From Octopus bimaculoides (Eukaryota), in contig NC_068991.1 in NCBI RefSeq assembly GCF_001194135.2, positions 9,409,929-9,473,928 on the forward strand: DNA of 64,000 nt. The letters are read 5' to 3'. The position numbers and the translations under genes are program-made. Positions within the stretch are counted from its first letter, which is position 1. Every line of letters starts with the position of its first letter. Below are positions 1 through 10,887 of the stretch, piece by piece. The notes below the pieces were generated by a model that saw only the letters and a list, made by a program, of their open reading frames with translations, made no database searches and was not told the DNA's origin.

Positions 1-173
1 TATATATTAAATTCAAATTATGACAAACGTAAACAAACGAAGGTTGCTTTTAGAGGCGTTGAGATGTCTTAGAAAGTTAAAGAAGTGATTTTAAATTCTC
101 AATCGCAGGATAATGATAATAATATAGCCTGAACAGGATAAACTACCCCTATTTTGCAGAAAAAAGTGTAGGT

Positions 174-246
174 GGTTAGCTGTGGACTCGAACTCACATC
201 TCCGTGATTACGCGTCACGATGCTCGACTGATTGAGCTAAACGTAC
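174..246 (-). pseudogene. Degenerate tRNA-Thr(CGT)-like sequence (pseudo-tRNA or SINE head)
   Basis: D stem GCTC/GAGC, anticodon stem CGTGA/TCACG with loop CGCGTAA, and TTCGAGT T-loop. Acceptor and T stems are broken, U33 is replaced by G, and the D-loop GG is missing. Confidence 0.55.
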
Positions 247-853
247 ATATATATGTGTACACATATATATATGTGTACACACACACACACACATATATAT
301 ATTTATATATATGGGTACATGTGCCTCTAAATCGTTTTAGATGTGAATGGGCAGTTGTGCATATATTTCACTATAATTATCAGAAGCTGATATGCCTACG
401 TGAGTGCATTCGTTTGGATGCATGTCGGAATAGAAAACACACCTCCTCCACATATACTTATCAACGTTTATGTGTGTTTGTGTATGGGTGTGTGTGTGTG
501 TATGGGTGTGTGTGTGCATATGTCTGTGTCTGTGTGTTTGTCTGAGAGCGTATGTCTGTATGGATGTATGCCAGTATGTCTGAGCTGCTATTTATTTATG
601 ACTCGGCTCTCATGGTCAAGAGGCAAAGTCCTTCATCACCGTTATCGCCAAAGAAACGACTTCCTTTGTTAAGTACACCGATTATCAATCCACTTCCTCC
701 ACCTTACTGAGCATTTCATATACTAATGACCTCGCTTCCTCCTCCTCCTCCTCCTGTTCTTTCTTTCCCCGTCTCTCCCTCTCTTCATTTCTCTCTCTCT
801 CTCTCTCTCGTTTTCACGTCTCTCCTACATCTTTTAATATTCATACAACTGAA

Positions 854-1052
854 AGCGGTGAGCTGGCGAAGTCATTAGCACGCCGGGCAAAATGCTTAGC
901 AGCAGTCCGTCCTTACGTTCTGAGTTCAAATTCCGCTGAGGTTGACTTGCCTTTCATCCTTCCGGGGTTGATAAAATAAGTACCAATTGAACACTGGGGT
1001 CGATGTAATCGACTTATCCCCTCCTTCAAAATTACTGGCCTTGTGCCAAAAT
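854..1052 (+). mobile_element. SINE family A (tRNA-like head, Deu/Nin-domain-like core)
   Basis: gagctggc..gttagcacgccgggc..gagttcaaattccg..gcctttcatccttccggggttgataaaataagtacca recurs about 10 times in the window. Confidence 0.85.
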
Positions 1053-1270
1053 TTAAGATCAATATTCATACAGTTTCTGCTAAATTTCCTTCCGATCAAT
1101 TTTTGCCTCTTCTTATTCATCTGTTATAATTCACTTCTTATATAGGATATTTTATAGGAGTATTGAATCGACCCCAGTACTTGTCTGGTATATCGACCTT
1201 CTTTATCACGGATATTTGGTTAAAAAAAAAAAAAAAAGCACCGCGTTAAACGAATCAATGATAGAGGAAT

Positions 1271-1634
1271 ATCTCTTTTACTTGTTTCAGTCATTTGACT
1301 ACGGCCATGCTGGAGCACCGCCTTTAGTCGAGCAGATCGACCCCAGGACTTATTCTTTGTAAGCCTAGTACTTATTCTATCGGTCTCTTTTTGCAGAACC
1401 GCTAAGTTACGGGGACGTAAACACACCAGCATCGGTTGTCAAGCGATGATTGTGGGACAAACACAGACACACAAACACCCATACATATATATATACGACG
1501 GGCTTCTTTCAGTTTCCGTCTACCAAATCCACTCACAAGGCTTTGGTCGGCCCGAGGCTATAGTAGAACACAGTTGCCCAAGATGCCACGCAGTGGGACT
1601 GAACCCAGAACCATGTGGTTGGTAAGCAAGCTAC
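1271..1634 (-). mobile_element. SINE family B (tRNA-like head, internal TA/CA microsatellite, AAAAGAGT tail)
   Basis: Reverse complement of the 20118-20520 element. Confidence 0.88.
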
Positions 1635-2924
1635 GGGAGCAAATTTTACAGCCCATATAAGGAAGCTATTGTAGCTTTGTATTTTTGCATAATGGGGTTT
1701 AAAAAATACCCCACAAATGGTTTCGATACAGTCTTAACAGAAAGATTTGGCAGAATTAAATGGAAGTTCTTCGGTAACTTTCTGTCATATAAATAAATGT
1801 CTAGGTTAATTTAATGACAATGTCCTAAATATTTATATGTTATATATGAAAATAAAGCTAGGACGTTTACTTAGTATGACTGCTACTGACATTGGATATA
1901 TGCAACAAAAAACACTTTTCTTTTTCTTTTTTCACTGAGTCATTCCATTCTGCCTCCCATGCTACGATATGAAGTATTGAGTAATATGATCGTGGGTTCA
2001 AATACTACTGTTGTTATTATTATTTCTTTCCCGAGATTTCAGACCTTGTGCCTATAATAGAAAGGATTGTTATTATTATTTGTTAGTTTATTCTGAAAGT
2101 TATTTGCATATTTTACGGAGCTTAATTCTCGAGGGATTATTGCATGTTTATAACATAGTGGTATGTATGCGAATGTAACCAGTTAGATCGGAGTATAAGA
2201 TGGTGACTAGCCAGCACGTGCACTTAACAGATTATTATTCATTTATATTTAATCTCTTTCAGCGGGGTTTTTATGCTCTGAGCTCAAATTACACCAGACT
2301 CAAAATTCATTGAGTTATATAAGCTCACCACATACATTTTTTTTTTTAAATTGTCAACTTTACAGAGTTGATACTGTTTGCTACGAAGGGTTTAAGCTAC
2401 CTTGTGACACCTATTACAGCTAAGGGAGCTAGAACATTCGAGAGTTTTATGTCATGATCGTAATCATGTCTTTTTTGTTTTTTTTTTGGGGTTTGGTCTG
2501 AGGGAAGAGGCTATGCCCATAGCCTTCGCAAGGCCTCTGAGACTGGCGAAATCGATACCGTTAACGTTCCCTTTAGACTATTTGAAGTTGATAACTTCAG
2601 GGAAAAATGTGTCGGCGTTCAGAAAATGGACAGGTGTAATAGTTAATGCAAGGACTTATGGACACAGAATGGTAGCGAGATGGAACAGAACGACTGTTGA
2701 GCAGAGGCTGGAATGTTGAGTGACCTTAATGTCAACTAGTCGACTGACCTTTCTTTAGATACAGTTTTTGGATGACTGTGTGTGGGAATAGAACCATCCC
2801 GGACAGGGAGGCGGGGGCTCTATATCCCCCACACCCACCCCATTGTAAGTATCACCTGAGATTTAAAGAAGGTTTGTAATAGTCGAAGGTTGAATTATTT
2901 TCTGGCTCTGAAAAGAAAGGTCAG

Positions 2925-3187
2925 TTTTGCAGGTAGCACGTAAACACACCTTTTGAGCGTGAGCGTGAGCGTGGTCGTTGCCAGAACGGCCTGACTGGCC
3001 CTCGTACCGGTGGCACGTAAAAAGCACTCACTGCACTCTCTGAGTGATTGGCGTTAGGAAGGGCATCCAGCTGTACAAACTTTGCCAGACCAGATTGAGC
3101 CTGGTATAGCATCTGGCTCACCTGACCTCAGTCAAACCGTCCAACCCATACCAGCATGGAAAGCGGACGTTAAATGATGATGATGAT
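2925..3187 (+). mobile_element. Family C repeat (RTE-type 3' tail ending in (GAT)n)
   Basis: gcacgtaaaaagcac..tggcgttaggaagggcatccagctgta..ccaacccatgccagcatggaaagcggacgttaaatgatgatgat. Further copies at about 10712-11065, 17385-17560, 36225-36390, 38400-38530, 45555-45740 (+) and 56193-56514, 60860-61215 (-). Confidence 0.85.
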
Positions 3188-3559
3188 TTTATATATATAT
3201 ATATATATACTCTCTCTCTTTCCTTTCCCGAGCGTCTAGTAACACTATCTGTATCGCGTCCTCACGTTGTTATTTTTTGTTATTGTTTTTTGTCTTTTTC
3301 CTTTTTTTGAACCTATATATAGATATATATATATATATACATGTATGTTTTTGGTGTGCGTATGTATGTTTGTAATACAGTATCAATGATACTATATAAA
3401 ATGCCCACTCTTTAGCCGGATATCTGGAACCCTTTCAGTTCAGTCAACTCAAATAAGTGTAAACGATATCAAAGTTATGCAATCAAACATTTTGCTAACA
3501 ATTTTTTAAAACAGAAAAACTCAAGACAGCGAAACACTTCTTTTTTTTAAGAAAGTATA

Positions 3560-3570
3560 TTTATTTTATT
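3560..3570 (-). terminator. Candidate polyadenylation signals of SCNM1 (two overlapping AATAAA)
   Basis: Minus strand reads AATAAAATAAA starting 5 nt after the stop codon. Confidence 0.55.
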
Positions 3571-3574
3571 AATG

Positions 3575-3665
3575 TTATAGTAAATCTGGAGGTTCTTCGT
3601 CGGAGTCAAACTCGGCATTTTCGTCTTTAATCCAATTTCCGACCCAGTCTTTCTTCCAACCTGAC
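3575..3665 (-). CDS. SCNM1: SCNM1 terminal coding exon (SGWKKDWVGNWIKDENAEFDSDEEPPDLL*)
   Basis: Acceptor tttattattttgcag, stop TAA at 3577-3575. Matches the human acidic C-terminus SGWIPDGRGRWVKDENVEFDSDEEEPPDLPLD. Confidence 0.96.
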
Positions 3666-4131
3666 CTGCAAAATAATAAAAATCCACTACATCATTTTTA
3701 AAACTTCTAGGAGTGAATCTCGTTAGACATCATTCGACTAGCACAGTAAATTAATTAAATAAGAAAATACTGATAGAGAAAAAAAATAACAAAATATATA
3801 TAACCTGCATATTGTTGTTGGCACTCCGTCGCTTACGACGTCGAGGGTTCCAGTTGATCCGATCAACGGAACAGCCTGCTCGTGAAGTTAACGTGCAAGT
3901 GGCTGAGCACTCCACAGACACGTGTACCCTTAACGTAGTTCTCGGGGATATTCAGCGTGACACAGTGTGACAAGGCTGACCCTTTGAATTACAGGCACAA
4001 CAGAAACAGGAAGTAAGAGTGAGAGAAAGTTGTCGTGGAAGAGTACCGGAGCCTCGTGGAGCTTTTAGGTGTTTTCGCTCAATAAACACTCACAACGCCC
4101 GGTCTGGGAATCGAAACCGCGATCCTACGAC

Positions 4132-4576
4132 NNNNNNNNNNNNNNNNNNNNNNNNNNNNNNNNNNNNNNNNNNNNNNNNNNNNNNNNNNNNNNNNNNNNN
4201 NNNNNNNNNNNNNNNNNNNNNNNNNNNNNNNNNNNNNNNNNNNNNNNNNNNNNNNNNNNNNNNNNNNNNNNNNNNNNNNNNNNNNNNNNNNNNNNNNNNN
4301 NNNNNNNNNNNNNNNNNNNNNNNNNNNNNNNNNNNNNNNNNNNNNNNNNNNNNNNNNNNNNNNNNNNNNNNNNNNNNNNNNNNNNNNNNNNNNNNNNNNN
4401 NNNNNNNNNNNNNNNNNNNNNNNNNNNNNNNNNNNNNNNNNNNNNNNNNNNNNNNNNNNNNNNNNNNNNNNNNNNNNNNNNNNNNNNNNNNNNNNNNNNN
4501 NNNNNNNNNNNNNNNNNNNNNNNNNNNNNNNNNNNNNNNNNNNNNNNNNNNNNNNNNNNNNNNNNNNNNNNNNNNN
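4132..4576. other. Assembly gap (first of 12)
   Basis: Other gaps: 7662-7775, 14217-14289, 22751-22943, 24323-24457, 30777-31618, 32222-33145, 44550-45227, 46193-46292, 48904-49454, 50236-50764, 56515-56766. Confidence 1.
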
Positions 4577-5635
4577 ACAACATTCCATGCAGATTTGGTC
4601 AGTTTTTAGCAATTCAAAGGACAACATACAAGTGTCCACCCACGTTCACTCAAAATTTTTCAAAACCCTAATGCGAAGGGAGAGAACTCTAGCATAGTAA
4701 CAGGGGACATAACCGAACAAAGGGAAAAGACGTATTCTAAATATCAAGGGAGATAATTGTATTTTACAATTTTTTTTTTTTTTTTTCATTTTAAGTAACT
4801 ATAATTTTAAGTCCAAATCTGTAGACTCTAGAAGCAGAAGCTGCAATGGGTTGTAACTACCTATTTCAACTTTATCGGTTTCCTATTAGTTATTATACAG
4901 ATAATTAAGGGTAACTGTCTCTTTTCTAGTTATGATTGACGGTGACGAGACAACGCTTTAGTCTTGTTGAGGGCATGCAAACTTCTCTACTAAACGTTCC
5001 ACAAAAAATGTACCCACTACACTCTTAAGTGGTTAGCCTTAAGGACATCCAGCCATAAAAGTATGATGGAAATGGATAATGGATTGGCCATTCGTCGTGG
5101 ATATATTGATGAAACAAATTACATTTGGATTTCAAGGTAAATGATTATTATCGAAATCTGACAGATCGAAATTTGACAGAGGTCACTTGTATGCACGGAA
5201 AAAGAGAAAAAAATATTACTCTGACTATCACCTCCAAAACTAACAGGGTCTACCTACATTAATTCGTCAAATACGCTGTTGAAAAAAAATGAATGACGGT
5301 CATATTTCAACGAAAAATATTGTAAGAAAAAACGTAAAATTTCAACAAAAATAAAGACACAAAAACGCGCGCGTTACGAATTGAGAAGAGATTAAAAGTT
5401 TTCTCCCTTCCATTAGAAAGTCTTTTAGATCGTTTAAATAATTAAAAAAAAGAAAGGCAAGGAAAATTAGAGTCGTTTTGGGTTGTTCGAGGCAAGGTAA
5501 CTAATGCGGAACCGTATCGTACAAGAAGCTAAAATAGGAGTTGCGTTCCAGATGGTTCGAGATTACTGTAATTTTAGTAAAACAATACTATACGTCTAAT
5601 AAACTGGCTTGGCAACAATTTTTTTTTGTTTACAG

Positions 5636-5818
5636 ATTGAAGGAGATGGCTGTAACAACACTTTGAGCATAACCTACCAAACACTCTTGTCACAGCTGAC
5701 TGAAGATGGAAATTGGATATTTTCACTTTGGGGGACTCCCATAGGATCTTCACAAAGTGGCTGGAATGCTACAAAAGACCCTACTTTGAAGATTAGAGCT
5801 TTGTATTGTCTCTCCTGA
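5636..5818 (+). CDS. Possible terminal coding exon of an unidentified plus-strand gene, antisense within SCNM1 intron 5
   Basis: Strong acceptor tttttttgtttacag followed by 60 open codons (IEGDGCNNTLSITYQ...IRALYCLS*). No family recognised. Confidence 0.3.
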   Translation: MEGDGCNNTLSITYQTLLSQLTEDGNWIFSLWGTPIGSSQSGWNATKDPTLKIRALYCLS

Positions 5819-6241
5819 AAAGTTTCGAAACTTCTGAAACGCACCTCATACATGTGTGCACGTGTCTAAGAAATAATTATAGTACAAACGACTAGGAACA
5901 GAATTCTTGACAATGATGCAAACAGGTGCATTATTTGTGCCTCCAAGTTCAAGATGAGGAGGTATTAACACACACACACATACATACATACATACGTATG
6001 TATATATATAAGGTTGCTATTATGCAAAAGTGTTTTAAGTCCAAAACGTTGCTTTTTCAGAAAACAAAAAAGTAGTTTCGCCATTCCATAGCAAAACCAT
6101 TGTAATACACTTTGATAATCTTTGATATCTTGGCATCTGAAGCTGCTGGAGATACAATAGTTTGACCAAAAGAATTTGGACAAATTTGGACATACGAAAG
6201 TTTATCATAATAGCAACGATATATGTGTGTGTGTGTATGTG

Positions 6242-6284
<43 letters not shown>

Positions 6285-6657
6285 GACACTTCTTTCAGTT
6301 TCCATCTATCAAATTCACTCATAAGGTTTTGATCCAAATAGGGCTATAGCAGAAGACACTTGCCCAAGGTGCCACACATTGAGACTGAACCTGATGTTCA
6401 ATATGTTAAAATTTCAAGGTATAGTCACTTTTACCCCTTGTAAAATCTTATTGAAATATATGAATTTCTTTAAGCAGTAGCTGAAAAAAAAAGAAAAGTA
6501 ATATAAACAACTTTATTTTGAAGACAACGCGACAGCATGACCATGGTCCAACTGAAACCAGTAAAAGAAAAATAGTGAGCAATCAATGGCTACAGAACAG
6601 CACAAACAGAAAAGAACAGAAAAGAACAGAAAAAATGTAGAAACACTGCTTATTTAC

Positions 6658-7208
6658 CCTGAAAGCTGCCAATATTTTTCTGCTAATTCTTTCTTTTCAA
6701 CAACTTTGGAAGCCTCTTGAGATCCTGATATAGTCTGCTGCTCTGCTGATGGAATAGATTCAGAAATCTTAGTTGCAGATTGAGGGCCTGTCCTTTCTAC
6801 AGTGTCAGGCAACAGTCTTCTCTTTTTCTGAACCTGACTACTGAATTTGTCCCATTCGACTTTTCTATCTTCCAAAACTTTCGTTTGAATATGATCATTA
6901 GGTTTTTGGTCTTTAACTTTTGTCTGAACAGGGCCATATACTTTACTAAGCTTCAGAGATGAGCTTTTTACAGTTTTTTCAGGAAGTCTCTGTTTCTTCA
7001 CATAGGGCCTTAATGGCTTTGTTTCCTTATTCTGTTCGGCTAAATGTGAATAAGGGGATTTTACACCAGATGAAAATGTATGTTTGGAAGTATGTGTGGA
7101 AGTAAAAGATGGTAGATTAATGTTGTCGGTGGGTGTGCTTGAAAGATCAATTGTGGGTTTCCGGTCATAAGGTCTCAGCTGAAGTTTTGAAGTGCATTTC
7201 TCAGGTGC
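6658..7208 (-). CDS. SCNM1: SCNM1 coding exon 5 (APEKCTSK...ELAEKYWQLSG), long basic/Ser-rich segment
   Basis: Lies within track ORF 6654-7229. Acceptor ttggctgttgcag, donor gtaaat, 551 nt, phase 0 to 2. Starts with AP like the human APLL block and ends before the conserved SGW motif. Confidence 0.9.
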
Positions 7209-8286
7209 CTGCAACAGCCAACAAGACACAATTTTAATATGTCAATAAAAAATATAGAAAAAGCATTGAGTTTGCTTGCTTGCTTGCTTGCTTACTCACT
7301 CACTCTCTCTCTCTCATATATCATGGAACCTATTGTTGTCGACTCTCTCAAATATAATGGAACCCATTATGTTGTATAAGACAGCCATCTGGTGCCTAAT
7401 AAGTTCAAGGTGAGAGGATTAGCTGCTCATAACAGAACCAAGAACCAGATCCAATGGCAAGGCTGAATGAGACAATTAGAGATCTTAGTTACAGGCTGAA
7501 TACAAAAGTAGATTCTTATTGCTATTCCTAGGCCCCTATTTGTTTCCTCTGTTGGCAGCGATGACAAGCATTGCTTTCCCAATTGACCTCCCGTATCTTA
7601 CATGCTTTCAACAAGGACTTCACACAATCCTTCATTTATATATATATATATATATATATATNNNNNNNNNNNNNNNNNNNNNNNNNNNNNNNNNNNNNNN
7701 NNNNNNNNNNNNNNNNNNNNNNNNNNNNNNNNNNNNNNNNNNNNNNNNNNNNNNNNNNNNNNNNNNNNNNNNNNNATATATATACATACATACATACATA
7801 TATTTTAATCAAAGTATACAGTATTATAGAGCCATTACAGCCAATCTTACCAATCAGATTTGCACAGGATATTAGGTAATCAAAAAATTCTCTAATAATT
7901 GTATACATCAGTGTTGGCCAGCATGGAAAAAAATAGGCTTCTGTACAGTTTCTGTGAACCAAATTCTCCTCAAAATATATTAGTAGCTTGAGACTATGAT
8001 AAAAGAGGCCGAATGTACTATACAGTGGAATTGAACCCAGAGACCAAATGGCTCCAAAGCAAATTTCTCTACCAGACAGTCATACCCCATTTCTGACATC
8101 TCCACTTCAATCACAACTAATTCATGAATTACATATTTCCAGTTCCAATAAATTTTCCTGTGAAATGTCAAATCACTCTTTCTTGATTACAAACTCTAGC
8201 ATAAACAATATCCATTCTAAAAAAACAAAAAAAACATGTTTATTCAACACTAAATTTCAATACAACAGAGACACCAGTTCACTTAC

Positions 8287-8387
8287 CAGACTTCCATCAG
8301 TAGCACCAGTTTTAAGAGACTGCTTTTGTTGATGCTTCAAAACTAAGTCTTTCAGTTCTTTTTCTTTCATTTTATTCCGTTCTGCAT
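8287..8387 (-). CDS. SCNM1: SCNM1 coding exon 4 (NAERNKMKEKELKDLVLKHQQKQSLKTGATDGSL)
   Basis: Acceptor ctaacag, donor gtaagt, 101 nt, open frame, phases compatible with both neighbours. Confidence 0.88.
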
Positions 8388-8884
8388 CTGTTAGGAAAAC
8401 ACAGAAGAAAAGATGTAATTAAACCCTCGAAATTTTTGGTTTGAAAAGTAAGAAATTAGCTAGAGTCTGGCATCCTTTATTTTTTGACAAAGCCATGGGA
8501 GGGCAGCTTTTCTAAGAGAAAGATATTCTGACAAGAAACTGATAGTCAAAATAGTATCAGTCATCTCATAAGATTTCTCACCAGGACCTGCAATGGTGAC
8601 CAACGGAGAGGCAAAATGAAGTGTTGGACAAGCTTTTGTCACTTAAATTCAATGATGTACAGATACCTCACTATCATGTCATTTCTTGGCTGAAGGTATG
8701 ATGGCTATCGTCTGACAAGATGAGACATACATGCATGACAATTGCTTCATCATGTCAGATGATATCCATCTGCATGCATGCATGTATGTTTATATGTATA
8801 AAAAAAATAAAGTTTTCTTTATCAATTAGTCAAGAGAAGAAGCATTGGTTATGTGTCTTTGCTAGCACTCTCATACTGACCAAA

Positions 8885-9112
8885 GGCGGGCTGGCAGGAA
8901 CGTTAGCATGCCGGGCGAAATGCTTAGCGGTATTTCGTCTGCCGCTACGTTCTGAGTTAAAATTCCGCCGAGGTCGACTTTGCCTTTTATCCTTTCGGGG
9001 TCGATTAAATAAGTACCAGTTACGCACTGGGGTCGATATAATCGACTTAATCCGTTTGTCTGTCTTTGTTTGTCCCCTCTGTGTGTAGCCCCTTGTGGGC
9101 AGTAAAGAAATA
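8885..9112 (+). mobile_element. SINE family A, full length, 18-bp TSD, in SCNM1 intron 3
   Basis: TSD actctcatactgaccaaa at 8867-8884 and 9113-9130. Near-identical to the inverted copy at 33580-33812. Confidence 0.93.
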
Positions 9113-9929
9113 ACTCTCATACTGACCAAATCAATTTAGCTGATGCTCAGTCTGAATATCTGTCAGTTGACTTTTGCAGGAAAAAATGTAAATGGATGAG
9201 AAGGGTATTTCAGGAGAGTGCAGTTCTGCAGAGCAAGGAGTGGATTAAATGTCAGAAAGAGATGATTGGGCAAAGATGTTTAAATGCAAACACTGGCAAT
9301 TTGGCATGGCTGACTGACCATTCAGCCTGTTTTTGGCGACAGTAATTTTTGATGCTAGAGGGCAACATGCATGCCTGCATGCAGAAAAATCTACACATAC
9401 AGATAGAAGTGGGTGAAAGAGAGATGGGGAGAGAGAGAGACTATTACAAGTTATTAGTTGGACACGCTTGATATAAATACATTTCATCTCGTCATATACA
9501 TAGAGAAATATGCTCACACACATAAACAGAGAGAGAGAGAGAGATGAGGCACGAGGGAGAGAATGAGAGAAACATTTAAATGTCTGATGTCAAATATGTC
9601 TGTATCGCATCAGTGACACTAAACAAGTGGTGCCAAAATGGTTGTACCAAAACATCTCATCTGTGAAATGTTTAGTGGTGGATCTACGAAGGGAGATAAT
9701 CGAGGCACTATATCTTCCACATCATACCAACACACTCTATTCTATGTTTGCTCTATTACTTTACTACAATGCACGATATTATATCACAAAATTTGGCCAT
9801 ATTCCTTCAACCACATAATAATGTCATTACACCACTTCATATCCTTTACATCTCTGGCCTACAGGTGTTAGTAATCATGGACCTAAATCCCCTCATATCT
9901 CAGCCACAGCTCAGCTAATTAATGGGTCG

Positions 9930-10135
9930 ATCTTTCCGTAGCCAGCTAATTAAGCCATCCTTCAAATGAGCCAATAATCTGCTAGAAATAACCGTCAGAT
10001 CTCCCTTAAAACACACTAATCGTTGAAGGTTTTGTCTTCTCATCTGGTGCCCAACAAACTTAACCTGCCACTTTCTTGTAGCTACTTCAATGTTTGCCAC
10101 TCTATTTGAATGAAGTAACTTCAGCATTCATCTAA
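9930..10135 (-). mobile_element. Degenerate RTE LINE fragment
   Basis: NRVANIEV..RKWQVKFVGHQMRRQNLQRL resembles RTE NEEVL..RKLKYFGHIMR. Confidence 0.6.
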
Positions 10136-10366
10136 GAAATCACATATTAGCAGCATTATCTTTTATCTTTTACTTGTTTCAGCCATTGGACTGTGACCAT
10201 GCTGGAGCACCACCTCGAAAGATTTTAGTCAAATAAATTCAGTATGACTTGGGCTAAATGATTTATGATCTATTAACCTATTTGGACACCAAGTGATTGG
10301 CTCAAAAGTCACCTGCAATCAAATAAATTAATGGAAACAAAGAATAAAAAGAAACTGGATTCTTAC

Positions 10367-10455
10367 TTTCAAGATGTTTTCTCCCTTGTCGATGGCACTG
10401 CAGAATAGACAGAGTGTCGAACACAGGTCTGTAATGACACACAGTACATGACAAC
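10367..10455 (-). CDS. SCNM1: SCNM1 coding exon 3, C2H2/matrin-type zinc finger (LSCTVCHYRPVFDTLSILQCHRQGRKHLE)
   Basis: Acceptor tttcag, donor gtaaga, 89 nt, phase 2 to 1. Matches human FACAICPHRPVLDTLAMLTAHRAGKKHL. Confidence 0.96.
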
Positions 10456-10714
10456 CTGAAATAGAGACAAGGGTGAGTATGAGATGGGTGAAACAGACTT
10501 ACACTCCAACAGCAGGGTTTCTGGGTTTCAGTGACTAGAATGCAAGAATTTAGGGTGAGTCTTGGATATAGAAGTAGATAGAATCAGCTGTTCCAATCAA
10601 TATAAATCACTGAGGTTAAATACTCGGAGATGCCATTTACATGGGAAAATATTAATTAAGTTAATGTTAACATATCTAATGTAATAAATATCAACGATTT
10701 CATTAGAGATTGCT

Positions 10715-10887
10715 GGTGCCACATAAAAAGCACCCATGCCGGTGTCACATATAGAGCACCTGTGCCAGAACCATGTAAAAGGCACCTGTGCCAATACCAT
10801 GTAAAAAGCACCCATGCTGGTGTCATAAAATACACCTGTGCTGGTGCCACATATAAAGCATTGGTGCTGGTGCCACATAAAAAGCAC
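10715..10887 (+). repeat. About 26-bp tandem array (about 7 units) at the head of a family C element
   Basis: Unit ggtgccacataaaaagcacccatgcc with variation. Similar array on the minus strand at about 61005-61212. Confidence 0.8.

Noticed and set aside
204-672. Track ORFs rich in Y/I/T/H/C/V alternations (also 6035-6337, 30130-30408, 42412-42877, 46100-46675 and others)
   Set aside because: They are translations of (TA)n, (CA)n and (TACA)n microsatellites.
10715-10887. CRISPR-like repeat array
   Set aside because: Units are contiguous without unique spacers, sit inside a retroposon, and the DNA is eukaryotic with no cas genes.
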